From the NCBI GenBank assembly GCA_964607485.1, contig CAZSKP010000006.1, forward strand, positions 15,704 to 79,703: DNA of 64,000 bases. The letters are read 5' to 3'. Shown here piece after piece: positions 1 to 10,186 of this stretch. The notes under the pieces were generated by a model. It was not told the origin of the DNA. It was given only the letters and a program-made list of their open reading frames with translations, and did not search any database. Position 1 is the first letter of the stretch. Every line of letters begins with the position of its first letter. The translations under genes and the position numbers were made by a program. This stretch comes from an uncultured bacterium (lineage in GTDB: Bacteria > Abyssobacteria > SURF-5).

Positions 1-92
1 ATCGTGCCGATGATGGATGGTATAAGTATAAGGACGAATAGAACTACCGTCAGTTTTACCGAGCAAAAGAATTTCCAGACTTTCTTTATCAT
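1..92 (-). CDS. Partial CDS, 5' end only: N-terminus of a hydrophobic membrane protein (MIKKVWKFFCSVKLTVVLFVLILIPSIIGT...) running off the left edge
   Basis: Manual translation of the reverse strand; GGAG lies 4 nt upstream of the ATG; hydrophobic helix-like N-terminus; not in the ORF track because it is truncated. Confidence 0.25.
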   Translation of the reverse strand, partial: MIKKVWKFFCSVKLTVVLFVLILIPSIIGT

Positions 93-456
93 TTCATCTC
101 CAAGTTAAGGCATTCTATTATAGCACAGCGCTCACGCCTCAGGTAAGTCCCACCGTGTGGCCATCCGCGACATACGTGCTTTAGTTTGCAAAGAGGCTGC
201 CAACGGGGCGTGGGACTGGGCCGCCCGGCGATATGCATTGTTGTTCAACCACTTAGGACGCACCCGCCCGGACGGGCCCCCTCGCGCAGGAACGGGGAGC
301 ATGTCTGTCTTTATTCATTCGATTGCTCGTTTTCAGTCATTCCGGCACTATGTGACAGGTCAGTTGATATCCTAAAATCTCTCTCTTGACGATGATTCCA
401 TTAGGAGATGCGAACGACGGGGATTTCCATTTCCGACAAGAGGGGGGCGTATTGGA

Positions 457-1452
457 CTATCTCTCCCGTGCTACGATATAGTCGCAGAGGTCGATCATGG
501 ATTTCTTGTATTCCGATTCAGGAAATACGTCAAGCGCCTGTTTCGCGCGTGAGGTGAAATCGCGGGCGACTTCTGTGCAGTACTCATCGGCTGCGTAGGC
601 GCGAATGCTCTCGCACAGCCACGATTTGTCGTTTTCGCCCAGACGGTGCTCGCGGAGGATTCCCTTTATCCTGTCGGCGTCGCTTCCGTCCATGCGGTTC
701 AACAGACATATCGTCGGCAGGGTGGCCTTTCCGTCGCCGATGTCGCAGAGTATCGGCTTGCCCAGTCGTTCCTCATCCGCGACGAAGTCGAGCAGGTCGT
801 CCACGATCTGGAACGCCATGCCGAAATTGTGGCCGAAGACGCGCATCGCCTCGGCGGTTTCGTGAGGCGCCCCCAGCGCCTGAACCGGCATCTTGCACAC
901 GGCTCCCATCAACGAGCTTGTCTTGTGCTGGATGACGGTGTAGTAGTCGTCCTCGCCTATTATTCCGTTGGCGCACGCGGTAACCTGATGCAGCTCGCCT
1001 TGCGACATATCCTTGACGGCGTTCATTATCGTGCGTATCACGTCGGCGTTGCGATATTCGCTGAGGATATACAGCGCCTGGGATATGATGTAGTCTCCCA
1101 GGAGGACGGCCACCTTATTGTGCCAGCGGGCGTTGACGGATTGAACCCCTCGGCGCACCTTCGCGCCGTCCACGACGTCGTCGTGGATAAGGCTGGCAAA
1201 GTGCGTCATCTCGCTCGCCACCGCGACGTCGATAAGCGCCGAGCTTCCGTTTGCCTCGACCGACAATCCTGCCAACAGCGCCAGCGCGGGGCGAATCTGC
1301 TTGCCCTCGACGACGGTCTTCTCGAACCCTATTCCCCTGATGAGACCAAAAGCACCTCGGAGGTGCCTGGTCAAATTCTTCCTGACCGCTACCAGTTCCT
1401 CCGCTATCGGCTGGTAGATACTGGTGAGGCTCAAATCCTGTGAAAGCTGCAT
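457..1452 (-). CDS. Long-chain trans-polyprenyl diphosphate synthase (octa/heptaprenyl-PP synthase family)
   Basis: Two DDxxD motifs (LIHDDVVD, FQIVDDLLDF); length 331 aa; GGAG RBS. Confidence 0.85.
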   Translation of the reverse strand: MQLSQDLSLTSIYQPIAEELVAVRKNLTRHLRGAFGLIRGIGFEKTVVEGKQIRPALALLAGLSVEANGSSALIDVAVASEMTHFASLIHDDVVDGAKVRRGVQSVNARWHNKVAVLLGDYIISQALYILSEYRNADVIRTIMNAVKDMSQGELHQVTACANGIIGEDDYYTVIQHKTSSLMGAVCKMPVQALGAPHETAEAMRVFGHNFGMAFQIVDDLLDFVADEERLGKPILCDIGDGKATLPTICLLNRMDGSDADRIKGILREHRLGENDKSWLCESIRAYAADEYCTEVARDFTSRAKQALDVFPESEYKKSMIDLCDYIVARER

Positions 1453-1604
1453 GAACTATCTCCGCTTCTGCTCGGCGTTCGAATCTCGAATCTTTCAAAT
1501 GTCAGAGAGGCCTCCGACAGTCGCTCCTTCTTATTCACGGTCGGTTTTGCGCACAATCTTACCATATGCCGGCAAGGCACGTCAACGAAACACGGCGGAC
1601 GCGG

Positions 1605-2993
1605 TCATCGGCTGATCATATGGATCGCCTGCTTGTGCACGTCTTCATCCGCCTCATGTATGCTCTCTGAGAGCGTGGGGTGCGCGTGAATCATTTCGGC
1701 GATTTGGTCAACGGTCACTCCGGCGTGCACGGCGAGCACCATTTCGTGGATGATGTCCGTCACGCCTGGGCCTATCATGCTTGCGCCGAGCACCTTTTCG
1801 GTCTTTTTGTCGGCCACCACTTTCACGAATCCCGTCGTGTCCTCGAGTATCATCGCCTTTCCAAGCGCCGTGAACCGAAACTTGCCGGTGGCGACATCGT
1901 GGCCCGCCTCGACGGCCTCGCTTTCCTTCATGCCCACAGTGGCTATCTCGGGCCGCGTGTACACGCAGTTGGGCACCGCCTGGTAAGAGAAGGTGCGCGA
2001 GCCGCCCAGCGCATTGGCCGCGGCCACGGTGCCCTGCGCGCTGGCGACGTGAGCGAGCATCACGGTCCCGAGAACGTCGCCCACGGCATACACGCCGGGC
2101 ACGTTCGTCTCCATCTTCTCGTTGACCGTTATCCGGCCCTTCTCGCCGCACTCGACGCCCGCTTCTTCAAGCCCCACACCTTTTGACACGACCGAACGCC
2201 CGACGCAGACAAGCGCCTTCTCGGCCTCGATGGATTCGCCCGATTCGGTCTTCGCCGTCACCCTTCCGTCGGAGACATCCATCTCCGTGATTTTCGTGTT
2301 GGTCATCACCTTTATGCCGCGACTCTTGAATTGGCTCTTGAGCGTTTGCGCGATCTCTTTCTCCTCGGTGGGAACGAGCTGCGGAAGCAGTTCCACGAGC
2401 GTTACCTCGGACCCGAAATCGCGGAACATGCTCGCGAACTCACAGCCGACGTATGCGCCGCCGATGATGAGTATCGACTTGGGAATCTCCGTGAGCTCCA
2501 GAGCTTCGTCGCTGGTGATGCAGTTCACGCCGTCCACTTTGAACATGTCGGGCTTCATCACCGTCGAACCGGTTGCGATGATTATGTTTTCGGATTCCCC
2601 TTTGGCCTGGCCCTGGGGGAGCGTCACTCCGACTCGGCGCTCGCCGAGCAGCTTGCCCTCGCCGTGAACGTATTCGATCTTGTGCGCTTTCAGGAGGCTG
2701 TGCACCCCCTTGACAAGCCTCTGAACGATTGCGTTCTTGCGCTCGAAAGCTTTGACATAATTGAGCTTAGGTTCGCCGACGCTGACGCCGAACTTCTCCG
2801 CCTCCCTCGCCTTTGAGAGCAGGTCGGCGGTGGCAAGAAGCGCCTTTGTTGGGATGCAACCTCTCAGCAGGCAGGTTCCTCCGACCTCGTCCCGCTCTAT
2901 CAGGGCCACGCGCGCGCCTAACTGGGCGGCCCTGATTGCGGCGACGTAACCTCCGGTGCCCGCTCCTATTATGCTCACATCAAACTTTTCCAT
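1605..2993 (-). CDS. lpd: Dihydrolipoyl dehydrogenase (E3 component)
   Basis: GAGTGGY FAD fingerprint; redox disulfide GGTCLLRGCIPTK; C-terminal HAHPTLSE dimerisation motif. Confidence 0.9.
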   Translation of the reverse strand: MEKFDVSIIGAGTGGYVAAIRAAQLGARVALIERDEVGGTCLLRGCIPTKALLATADLLSKAREAEKFGVSVGEPKLNYVKAFERKNAIVQRLVKGVHSLLKAHKIEYVHGEGKLLGERRVGVTLPQGQAKGESENIIIATGSTVMKPDMFKVDGVNCITSDEALELTEIPKSILIIGGAYVGCEFASMFRDFGSEVTLVELLPQLVPTEEKEIAQTLKSQFKSRGIKVMTNTKITEMDVSDGRVTAKTESGESIEAEKALVCVGRSVVSKGVGLEEAGVECGEKGRITVNEKMETNVPGVYAVGDVLGTVMLAHVASAQGTVAAANALGGSRTFSYQAVPNCVYTRPEIATVGMKESEAVEAGHDVATGKFRFTALGKAMILEDTTGFVKVVADKKTEKVLGASMIGPGVTDIIHEMVLAVHAGVTVDQIAEMIHAHPTLSESIHEADEDVHKQAIHMISR

Positions 2994-3146
2994 CGCCTTC
3001 GTTTCTCCGGGTCGTGCGGCTGGTACGTGGTTGCCTTGAGGACAGCAGTCAGGAAGAGTATAACATCAAAAACGGCGCTAATCTAGCACAAATCGCCTTC
3101 CAAAGTCAAGGCGCGGGGAACGAGGAATTTCGCCGCGTGGATCGAA

Positions 3147-4493
3147 TCAATCGGCGCAGAATCGTTCCTGCGATTCCTCGAGGGTTTCCCTGAGCACGGC
3201 CGTGCACTGGTCGATCTGTTCCTCGGTAATGATGAAGGGCGGGGCAATCATGATATGGTCGCCCCGGCCCTGCTCGTCCTCGTAGTAGCCGGGATAGAAG
3301 AACACGCCCTTCATCATGCATTGCATGATGATGTCCATCTTGGCGTTCTTTTCCCTGGGAAGCGGCTCCTTTGTTTCCTTGTCTTTTACGAGCTCGACCG
3401 CCCACAGCATCCCCTTGCCGCGGATGTCGCCCACTATGGGAAGCGAATCGAGCTGGAGCAGGCTTTCGTGGAGGTAATTCCCCATCTGCCCGGCGCGCGC
3501 AATCAGGTTTTCTTTCTCGATGATCCGCTGCACCTCGTTGCCGACGGCGCATGAGAGCGGATGGGCCGAGAACGTGTACAGGTGCTGGAACTCCACTTCC
3601 TTCTCCTCGAAGAGTGAGACGAGTTCGTCTCTGACCGCCATGCCCGCCAACGGCGCGTATCCGCTGCTTGCCCCCTTGGCGAATGTGGCGATGTCGGGCA
3701 CCGTGTTGAAGTTGTCCATGCCCATGTTCCTGCCCGTTCGGCCGAATCCGGTTATTACCTCGTCGGCGATGAATATGACGTTGTATTTGTCGCACGTCTC
3801 CCGAATGATGGGGAAATATTCGGGCGGCGGGACGGCCGCCCCGGCGGCGGCGCCGACGACCGGCTCGGCAATGAACGCGGAGACCGTGTCGGGCCCTTCG
3901 GCACGGATTACCTCTTCGAGGTCCTGCGCGCAATCGATATCGCAGCCGGGGTACTCCTTTCCGTAGGCGCACCGATAACAGTAGCACGGCTCGACGCGCG
4001 GATTGTCCCACAGCATCGGGATGAAATCGGCCCTGCGTTTCTTGATGTCGCTGAACGAGAGAGTCGCCAGTGTCATTCCGTGGTAGCTGAGGTTTCGGGT
4101 GATAACCTTGTATTTGGATTCCCTTCCGGCCACCACGTGGTACTGACGCGCGAACTTGATTGCCGCCTCGTTCGCCTCCGAGCCGCCGGAGCAGTAGTAT
4201 ATTCGGCTGAGCTCTTTGGGCATGATTTTCTTGATTCGCTTCGTGAGCTCTATCCTGGCTTCCGACGCGAATACCGGCAGGACGTATGACACCTGCTCCA
4301 ATTGCCTTTTTGCCGCCTCGGCGACCTCCTTGCGGCCATGGCCGATGTTGACCGCCATCGGCCCGCCGGAGGCGTCGATTATCTGCCGGCCATAGGAGTC
4401 GTGCAGATACACGCCCTCGGTTTTCGTGATGAGGATGGGCGGCACGTGCGGCTCGCGGTAGAACATGTTCGCGATGACTTCCTGCATCTCCAT
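3147..4493 (-). CDS. Class-III (omega) pyridoxal-phosphate aminotransferase
   Basis: 448 aa; class-III AT fold signatures (FIAEPV..GAAG, DEVITGFGRTG); GGGAGG RBS. Confidence 0.85.
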   Translation of the reverse strand: MEMQEVIANMFYREPHVPPILITKTEGVYLHDSYGRQIIDASGGPMAVNIGHGRKEVAEAAKRQLEQVSYVLPVFASEARIELTKRIKKIMPKELSRIYYCSGGSEANEAAIKFARQYHVVAGRESKYKVITRNLSYHGMTLATLSFSDIKKRRADFIPMLWDNPRVEPCYCYRCAYGKEYPGCDIDCAQDLEEVIRAEGPDTVSAFIAEPVVGAAAGAAVPPPEYFPIIRETCDKYNVIFIADEVITGFGRTGRNMGMDNFNTVPDIATFAKGASSGYAPLAGMAVRDELVSLFEEKEVEFQHLYTFSAHPLSCAVGNEVQRIIEKENLIARAGQMGNYLHESLLQLDSLPIVGDIRGKGMLWAVELVKDKETKEPLPREKNAKMDIIMQCMMKGVFFYPGYYEDEQGRGDHIMIAPPFIITEEQIDQCTAVLRETLEESQERFCAD

Positions 4494-4566
4494 ATTCTTA
4501 ACCTCCCTTGATTCGGAGACAGCGTTCGCATGTTTGTTTCAGAACCGGGTGCTTGCTATGAATGCA

Positions 4567-5598
4567 TTACGGGTACAACCTGGGAGTCTGGCTTATGCCG
4601 AGCATCTCCCGCGCCTGCGCCGGCGTGGCAACCTCGCGGTTCAACTCGTGGATCAGGCGCACGGCCCTCTCGACCAGTTGGGCGTTGCTCTCGGCCTTTT
4701 CCCCGCGGCGATAGTACACGTTGTCTTCCATGCCGACGCGTATATGGCCTCCCATTATCAGGCTCAGGGTGATGATGGGGAGTTCCAGCGAGCCTGTCCC
4801 GATGGCCGAGAAGAGGGACTTGGGAGGCATGTTGGCAATCATATCCATCGCCGACATGACGGTTGGAGGACTGCAGGCGCCGTCCTGCCCGAAGACCAAT
4901 TGGCACCAGTAGGGCGGCTCGAGCAGTTTTCGGGCGATGAGGTTGTCCACGAACCACCAGCTCTGACTGTTGAAGACCTCCAGTTCCGGCTTGATGTCGC
5001 TCGCCTTCATGGCGCGGGCGAACTTCTCGGTCTTCGTGTAGCCGAGCATGTCGACGCCCTCGTACTGGAGCGTCTTCTCATCTATGACGGTCAGCCCTCT
5101 TCCCTTCAAGAACTCGAGCGTGCTTTCGTCCGGGTCGGAGAGGGGAAAAGGGGATTTCACCCTCATGCGCATGTAGAGCATGCCCACGTCGAGGGATGCG
5201 ACCTCGGGTTTGCAGTCGGCAAAGAACTTGTTGATGACCTCTTCGTCGTCTTCCTTGAACATGCCCGAGCACGTGTTGTTGATGATGAGGTCGGGACATC
5301 GTTCTCGGATAAGATGGTTTGCCCTGTAGAAGTCCTCCGCGTTGCTGGAGTTGGTCGCATAGTTCATGTTGGGATCGCGCGCGTGGATGTGCACCATGCT
5401 TGCGCCTGCCTTGTATGCCTCGTACGCCGAGTCCGCCTGTTCCTCGGGCGTTTCGGGCAGGTTCGGGTTCGCCGCCTTTCCGTGTACCCCGCCGGTTATG
5501 GCGCAGGTGACGATGACCGGCGGCCATTTCGTGAAATGCTCGCGCCACTCCCGATTGTCGGTGAATCTCCAACTCGTGTCCTCAAGGTCAAGAGACAT
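4567..5598 (-). CDS. Beta-keto acid cleavage enzyme (BKACE/DUF849; 3-keto-5-aminohexanoate cleavage enzyme Kce-like)
   Basis: N-terminal VIVTCAITGGVHGK and the ASMVHIHARD motif typical of BKACE TIM-barrel enzymes; AAGGAG RBS. Confidence 0.75.
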   Translation of the reverse strand: MSLDLEDTSWRFTDNREWREHFTKWPPVIVTCAITGGVHGKAANPNLPETPEEQADSAYEAYKAGASMVHIHARDPNMNYATNSSNAEDFYRANHLIRERCPDLIINNTCSGMFKEDDEEVINKFFADCKPEVASLDVGMLYMRMRVKSPFPLSDPDESTLEFLKGRGLTVIDEKTLQYEGVDMLGYTKTEKFARAMKASDIKPELEVFNSQSWWFVDNLIARKLLEPPYWCQLVFGQDGACSPPTVMSAMDMIANMPPKSLFSAIGTGSLELPIITLSLIMGGHIRVGMEDNVYYRRGEKAESNAQLVERAVRLIHELNREVATPAQAREMLGISQTPRLYP

Positions 5599-5628
5599 TA
5601 TTCCATTTCTCCTTATGCTCTTGAATGT

Positions 5629-6072
5629 TCACACGCTCTCGATGAACTCCAGTATGATGGGCTTTGTGTCCATGTATGCGTAACGTCGAAGGCCCTGCCC
5701 CCTCTGGAGCACGCCAATTCCCTTCGCGCGGAATTTTTCGATCTCTCCCTCGAAGTCCGAAACATAGATGCCGAGGTGATGTATTCCCTCGCCGTTACGC
5801 TTGAGGAAATCGACGTGGACCGAAGGCCCTTCCTTTATCTCGATAAGCTCCAGTTGGATGGGCCCCAACTGCGCCAACGCCAGCTTGCCCTTGACCATGA
5901 TCTCGCGCCCGTCGGCCAGCGTCGCGGGCGCCTCGCCCTCGGCAACGGCGAACGTTCCCTTTCCAAAAAACATCTCGTAGTATTCGACGCACTTATCAAC
6001 GTCGCGCACCACCACTCCGATCTGGTCGATGGAGCCGATGGGCGCGTCGTTCGATTTGTCTGCGGGTTCCAT
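5629..6072 (-). CDS. VOC/glyoxalase-bleomycin-resistance superfamily protein (methylmalonyl-CoA epimerase-like)
   Basis: 147 aa; paired beta-alpha-beta-beta-beta modules (IDQIGVVVRD... HHLGIYVSD); strong RBS. Confidence 0.6.
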   Translation of the reverse strand: MEPADKSNDAPIGSIDQIGVVVRDVDKCVEYYEMFFGKGTFAVAEGEAPATLADGREIMVKGKLALAQLGPIQLELIEIKEGPSVHVDFLKRNGEGIHHLGIYVSDFEGEIEKFRAKGIGVLQRGQGLRRYAYMDTKPIILEFIESV

Positions 6073-6174
6073 GTGACAATCCTTCCCTTCTCGTCAAGCT
6101 TTGACGTCGGAGATGATATGACGCGGCCTGAGCTGCACGGTGAAGGGGCGCGGCCGCGCGTCAACGTGGCGACA

Positions 6175-7659
6175 TCACTCGCACATCTCATCGACTTCGG
6201 ACAATACCTCGTTGAGCACCTCGATGCCGAAATCGATTTCCTTCTCCGATATCGTGTAGGGCGGCGCGACGCGAACCGTATTCGGCACGGCCGAGCCGAC
6301 CATGACGCCCTTGAACACGCACTTCTCGGAGATCATCACCTCGGGATACTTCGAGATGTCGCCGCTGAAGGTGGCGAAGCGGTCCTCCTTGACGAACGGT
6401 TCCTTGGTCTGCTTGTTCTTGACTACCTCGAATCCGCCCAGCAGCCCGATGCTCTCGGCCAGGCCGACGCACTTGTGCTCACCCTCGAGCTCTTTCAGCT
6501 TCTTGTGGAGGTAGGCCCCCTTCTGCGCGACGACCTCAGGCATGTTCTCCTCGAGCATGAACTCGACGGCGGCCGCCACGCTCGCGGCCACTACCGGATG
6601 TCCCGCGAAGGTGCTGCCGCTCCAATACCGGAACTTGTCCAATTCGTTGGCGATATCCTTCGAGATGACCACTCCGCCGACGGGAACCGCGCACCCGTTC
6701 ATTCCTTTCCCGATCGTCATGATGTCGGGCGTGACGCCTTCGTAAAGCTGATAGGCGAACCATTTGCCGCACCTGCCGAACCCGCAGATGACCTCGTCGT
6801 CTATCCACAGGATGCCCAGCCTGCGAGTCATCTCGCGCAGTTGGGGGATGTACTCGGGCGGCGGGTTGACCGCCGAGCCGCCGTAGAATATCTCGGTGAC
6901 GAATGCGGCGACCGTCTCGGCCCCGATGGTGTGTATCAGGTTCTCCGAGGCATGGATGCACGCCAGCGTTCCGTCGGGCTGCTTGCAGGACGGATAGGTG
7001 TGGCCCAGGGTGCAGCGGTAGCAGTAGGGGGCGGGCACGATGTGAAATCCTGCGCCGGGGAAGTTGGGAACATCCCGAATCTCTGCCTTTGTCGGGGACG
7101 CTATGGCCGCACGGTAATATCGGTTACGCGATGCGCCGGCGGCGCCGCTCGTGGAGCCGTGGTAGGCGTACTCGCGCGTTATGATGTTGGGCCGGCCAGT
7201 AAGATTTTTCGCTATCGCGAACGCCTGCTCGTTGGCCTCGCTGCCGGTGTTTACAAACCTGATGCGACCCGCCCAGCCGTCGCGGCCGAGCACGTCTTCC
7301 ATGATGAGCTTGGAGGCGCGGGCGCGGTATTCGGTGCAGAAGAGCTCCTGCACGTAGCCTACTTCGTCGAGCGCCTGTTTTATCGCGGCGTTGACGCGGG
7401 GGTGCTTGTACCCCAGGTTGGCCGCGATCACCTGGCTGACAAAATCGAGCAGCTTCATTCCGTTGGCCAGATGCACGTAGTTGCCTTCCGTGTGACTGAC
7501 CGGAACGAACCGGTATTCATTCGCCGCCTGCTTTACGTGGAAATAGTATTTGCTATCCCATTCATACACCTGGTCCCAATTAATTTCGCGTTCCACTGTT
7601 CCTTCTCCTCTTACATGCAATTCCTTCCACTTCTCCCCGGTCGATTGGGGACTGCTCAT
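6175..7659 (-). CDS. Class-III pyridoxal-phosphate aminotransferase (second paralog, 494 aa)
   Basis: Class-III AT motifs (FVTEIFYGGSAV, DEVICGFGRCGKWFA); differs from the first paralog by N/C extensions. Confidence 0.8.
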   Translation of the reverse strand: MSSPQSTGEKWKELHVRGEGTVEREINWDQVYEWDSKYYFHVKQAANEYRFVPVSHTEGNYVHLANGMKLLDFVSQVIAANLGYKHPRVNAAIKQALDEVGYVQELFCTEYRARASKLIMEDVLGRDGWAGRIRFVNTGSEANEQAFAIAKNLTGRPNIITREYAYHGSTSGAAGASRNRYYRAAIASPTKAEIRDVPNFPGAGFHIVPAPYCYRCTLGHTYPSCKQPDGTLACIHASENLIHTIGAETVAAFVTEIFYGGSAVNPPPEYIPQLREMTRRLGILWIDDEVICGFGRCGKWFAYQLYEGVTPDIMTIGKGMNGCAVPVGGVVISKDIANELDKFRYWSGSTFAGHPVVAASVAAAVEFMLEENMPEVVAQKGAYLHKKLKELEGEHKCVGLAESIGLLGGFEVVKNKQTKEPFVKEDRFATFSGDISKYPEVMISEKCVFKGVMVGSAVPNTVRVAPPYTISEKEIDFGIEVLNEVLSEVDEMCE

Positions 7660-7820
7660 GCGTGGTCAAGCAGCGACTTATTATATAACCTCTTGGTGCG
7701 CGATTCAAGGCGCAGGCACGGGGCGCCCATCTCCTTCGCTTTTCCGTGGGAGACTATGGTAATATCATATCCGTGCCAGATCCGGAGAACTGAGTGAGGT
7801 TGCTTTTGGAGGACGGGCGA

Positions 7821-8798
7821 ATGAAGATCTCGCATTCGGTGTTTTTCGCACTTTTCGTTTCATTGATGACGCTCACGTCTGTCGCGCTGGCCGGAGGGAA
7901 ACAGAGCCTCGACATCTCGAACCGCGCGCTTAATTCGACGCCGCTCCTGGGGCCGGAGGGCATTGTGCTCGCCTCCGATGGGAACATCTATGTGGGTCAG
8001 GGCGATGGCAAGATCGCCCGCGTCGCCGGCGACGGCACGGTCGAGGAGTTTGCCGACCTGAACGATCTGCCGGGCGAACGCAAGGAACGCATCAGCGCCA
8101 TCGGGCTCGCCATGGACGGCGAGGGCGACATTTACGCGGCGGCGCTCGACTTCAACGGTGGGTCGGTGCTCAAGGTGACCGGACCGGGAAAGCCCGATGC
8201 CGGCGCGGTGGTCCTTTACCGCCACGGAATAGGCATGGCGAATTTCGTCCTGATCGATCGCGAGAGCCAGACGATGTACGTCTCCAATTCGGCGATGTTC
8301 TCGGGCGGCGTGTTTAGATTCGATATGAGCGATGAGACGCGCGTCGGCAGCGCGGCCGACCCCGAAACGGAACTGCTGGGCAAGATGGGATATGCGAACG
8401 GCCTCGCGCTCGGCCCCGACAGGGAATGGCTCTACGTCGCCGAGACGACCAAGGGCCGCATTTCGAGGATACATCTCGGGACGAAGAAATCGGAGGTCTT
8501 CGCCGAGGTGGGCGGATGGGCCGATGGAATAGCCTTCGACCCCGGGCGGGAAAGGCTCTTCGTGTGCGACAACAAGGGCGGGAGAATTGTCGCCGTTGAC
8601 CTTTCGGGTAAGGTTGTGGGGGAAGTTCGCCTCATCGGCAGGGAAGGCCAGTGCGCGCCCGCGTCGATGATCTTCCGCGACGCGGACACCATCGTCTTCA
8701 CCGACCTCTGGAAGGCCAGCCTGTGGCGCGCGCTGATTGGCCCGGCGCAGTACCATTCATATATTTATGAACTTCCTGTCACCGACATTCTAAAGTAG
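7821..8798 (+). CDS. Secreted SMP-30/gluconolactonase/LRE-like beta-propeller protein
   Basis: Start placed at MKIS after a GGAGG RBS; signal peptide ...SVALAGG; repeated propeller-like blades (GNIYVGQGDGKI, DGEGDIYAA, REWLYVAETTKGRI, ERLFVCDNKGGRIV). Confidence 0.6.
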   Translation: MKISHSVFFALFVSLMTLTSVALAGGKQSLDISNRALNSTPLLGPEGIVLASDGNIYVGQGDGKIARVAGDGTVEEFADLNDLPGERKERISAIGLAMDGEGDIYAAALDFNGGSVLKVTGPGKPDAGAVVLYRHGIGMANFVLIDRESQTMYVSNSAMFSGGVFRFDMSDETRVGSAADPETELLGKMGYANGLALGPDREWLYVAETTKGRISRIHLGTKKSEVFAEVGGWADGIAFDPGRERLFVCDNKGGRIVAVDLSGKVVGEVRLIGREGQCAPASMIFRDADTIVFTDLWKASLWRALIGPAQYHSYIYELPVTDILK

Positions 8799-8804
8799 AA
8801 GGAC

Positions 8805-9077
8805 TCATTCGAAATTGTAGTGTTTCCTCACGGCTTTGGAGACCTTCCAGACGCAGTCCATGCCCTTGGGGAAGGTGACGAAGTCGCCCGGCCCGAATTC
8901 GACCGGCTTCCCGCCTCTCGGCTCGACGCGCACCTGGCCCTCGAGGACGTAGCACTTCTCGGTGTCGTCGTAGTGCCAATCGAACGTCGAGGGCTCCTTC
9001 TCCCACGTCGGCCATGAGAAGACGCCCATTTCCTTGAGTTCCTTTTCGCTCTTCTTCTCCTTCCTTATCTCGGCCAT
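8805..9077 (-). CDS. Cupin-fold small protein
   Basis: Start moved to the second Met (MAEIRK) behind AAGGAG; C-terminal G-x-G-D-F-V-x-F-P-x-G cupin motif. Confidence 0.55.
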   Translation of the reverse strand: MAEIRKEKKSEKELKEMGVFSWPTWEKEPSTFDWHYDDTEKCYVLEGQVRVEPRGGKPVEFGPGDFVTFPKGMDCVWKVSKAVRKHYNFE

Positions 9078-9122
9078 CGTATTTCTCCTTTCCAACATCT
9101 GTGCTGCGTTGTTTCTCTATTG

Positions 9123-9173
9123 TCTTCTTGAGATGCTTCGCTTCTTGAGATGCTTCGCTTCGCTCAGCATGAC
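9123..9173. repeat. Degenerate copy of the palindromic intergenic repeat family: 17-nt unit CTTCTTGAGATGCTTCG x2 plus a half-site CTTCGCTCAGCATGAC
   Basis: Direct sequence comparison with the copies at 12.6, 35.0, 45.1, 56.0 and 59.4 kb. Confidence 0.5.
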
Positions 9174-9255
9174 AGGGGGGGTGCCTTAGTTCTTTCGTCG
9201 GGTTTCGGCTTCAGGGTTCCGGGTTAAAACCCTAAACTCGGGACCCTGAACCAGA

Positions 9256-10134
9256 TTATATTTCGATCCCCAGTATGCGCTGAGCGTTTTTGAGAAATAT
9301 TTTTTCGAGGATGTCGTCCTTGTAGCCCTCGGAGGCGTATGCGTCGAAGAGCTTCTGGTGCGGGATCATGGGATAGTCCGACCCGAACATCGCGCGGTCC
9401 TGAAGGCGGCCGTGCAGCTCCTTCTTCAGCGCGGGCGAGAAATATTTCGGAGACCAGCCCGAAAGCTCCATGACGACGTTTGACTTGTGTATGAGCACGG
9501 CGATCATCTCGTCCTGCCACGGCCACGAGGGGTGACACGCGATGATGAGAAGGTCGGGAAAATCGGCGGCGACGTCGTCGATATATGGAATGGGCTTTGT
9601 GTACTTGAGATGAATTCCCAAGCCGCCGGGCATGCCGGCGCCGAGGCCGGTCGTGCCCGTGTGGAACATCACGGGCGCCTTCAGCTCGGCGCATTTCTCC
9701 CAGAGCGGATAGAAGCGGCGGTCGTTAGGGTAGAATCCCTGCGCGGTCTGCTGAAACTTGACGCCCATCAGTCGGAGCTCTTTGATCGCGCGTTCGGCTT
9801 CCTTGATGGCCATCTCGCCCTTCCACGGGTCAACCGAGGCATAGCCGCCGACGAACGCGTCGGGGAAGTCGCTCGTGAGTTTGGCGATGTAATCGTTGCT
9901 CGTGGCCGGCTCGCCGGTGTTGCTCTCGGCGTCCCACGCGACGATTATCCCCTTGACGCCCGCGTCGATGAAGTCCTGGGCCATGTCCTGTTCGCTCTTC
10001 GAGACCGACAGCACTTCCTCATCCGAAAGCTCTTGCTTCTGATAATACTGCAGGAGAGCTCTCTGATACTTCAGCAGGCTCCTGGCGGCGGCTCGTGTCG
10101 ATGGGTGCGCATGCACATCAATCGCCTTAATCAT
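9256..10134 (-). CDS. Amidohydrolase-2 family (TIM-barrel metal-dependent hydrolase/decarboxylase)
   Basis: Start refined to MIKAIDVHAHP (AGGAGG RBS); N-terminal HxH metal motif; later FHTG and GSDYP motifs typical of PF04909. Confidence 0.75.
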   Translation of the reverse strand: MIKAIDVHAHPSTRAAARSLLKYQRALLQYYQKQELSDEEVLSVSKSEQDMAQDFIDAGVKGIIVAWDAESNTGEPATSNDYIAKLTSDFPDAFVGGYASVDPWKGEMAIKEAERAIKELRLMGVKFQQTAQGFYPNDRRFYPLWEKCAELKAPVMFHTGTTGLGAGMPGGLGIHLKYTKPIPYIDDVAADFPDLLIIACHPSWPWQDEMIAVLIHKSNVVMELSGWSPKYFSPALKKELHGRLQDRAMFGSDYPMIPHQKLFDAYASEGYKDDILEKIFLKNAQRILGIEI

Positions 10135-10186
10135 CTCGGCCTCCTGTGGGAAGTTCGTTGGTATTTTTCGAGTGCCTATCGGAATC

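Noticed and set aside
4465-7797. 1110-aa plus-strand ORF
   Set aside because: Antisense to three well-supported minus-strand genes (aminotransferase, BKACE, VOC, aminotransferase). It has no RBS and an Arg/Gly/Ala-rich composition typical of a high-GC antisense frame.
9173-9181. Homopolymeric G8 tract as a phase-variation switch
   Set aside because: It is intergenic, downstream of the amidohydrolase stop and not within a coding region or an obvious promoter spacer; likely incidental.
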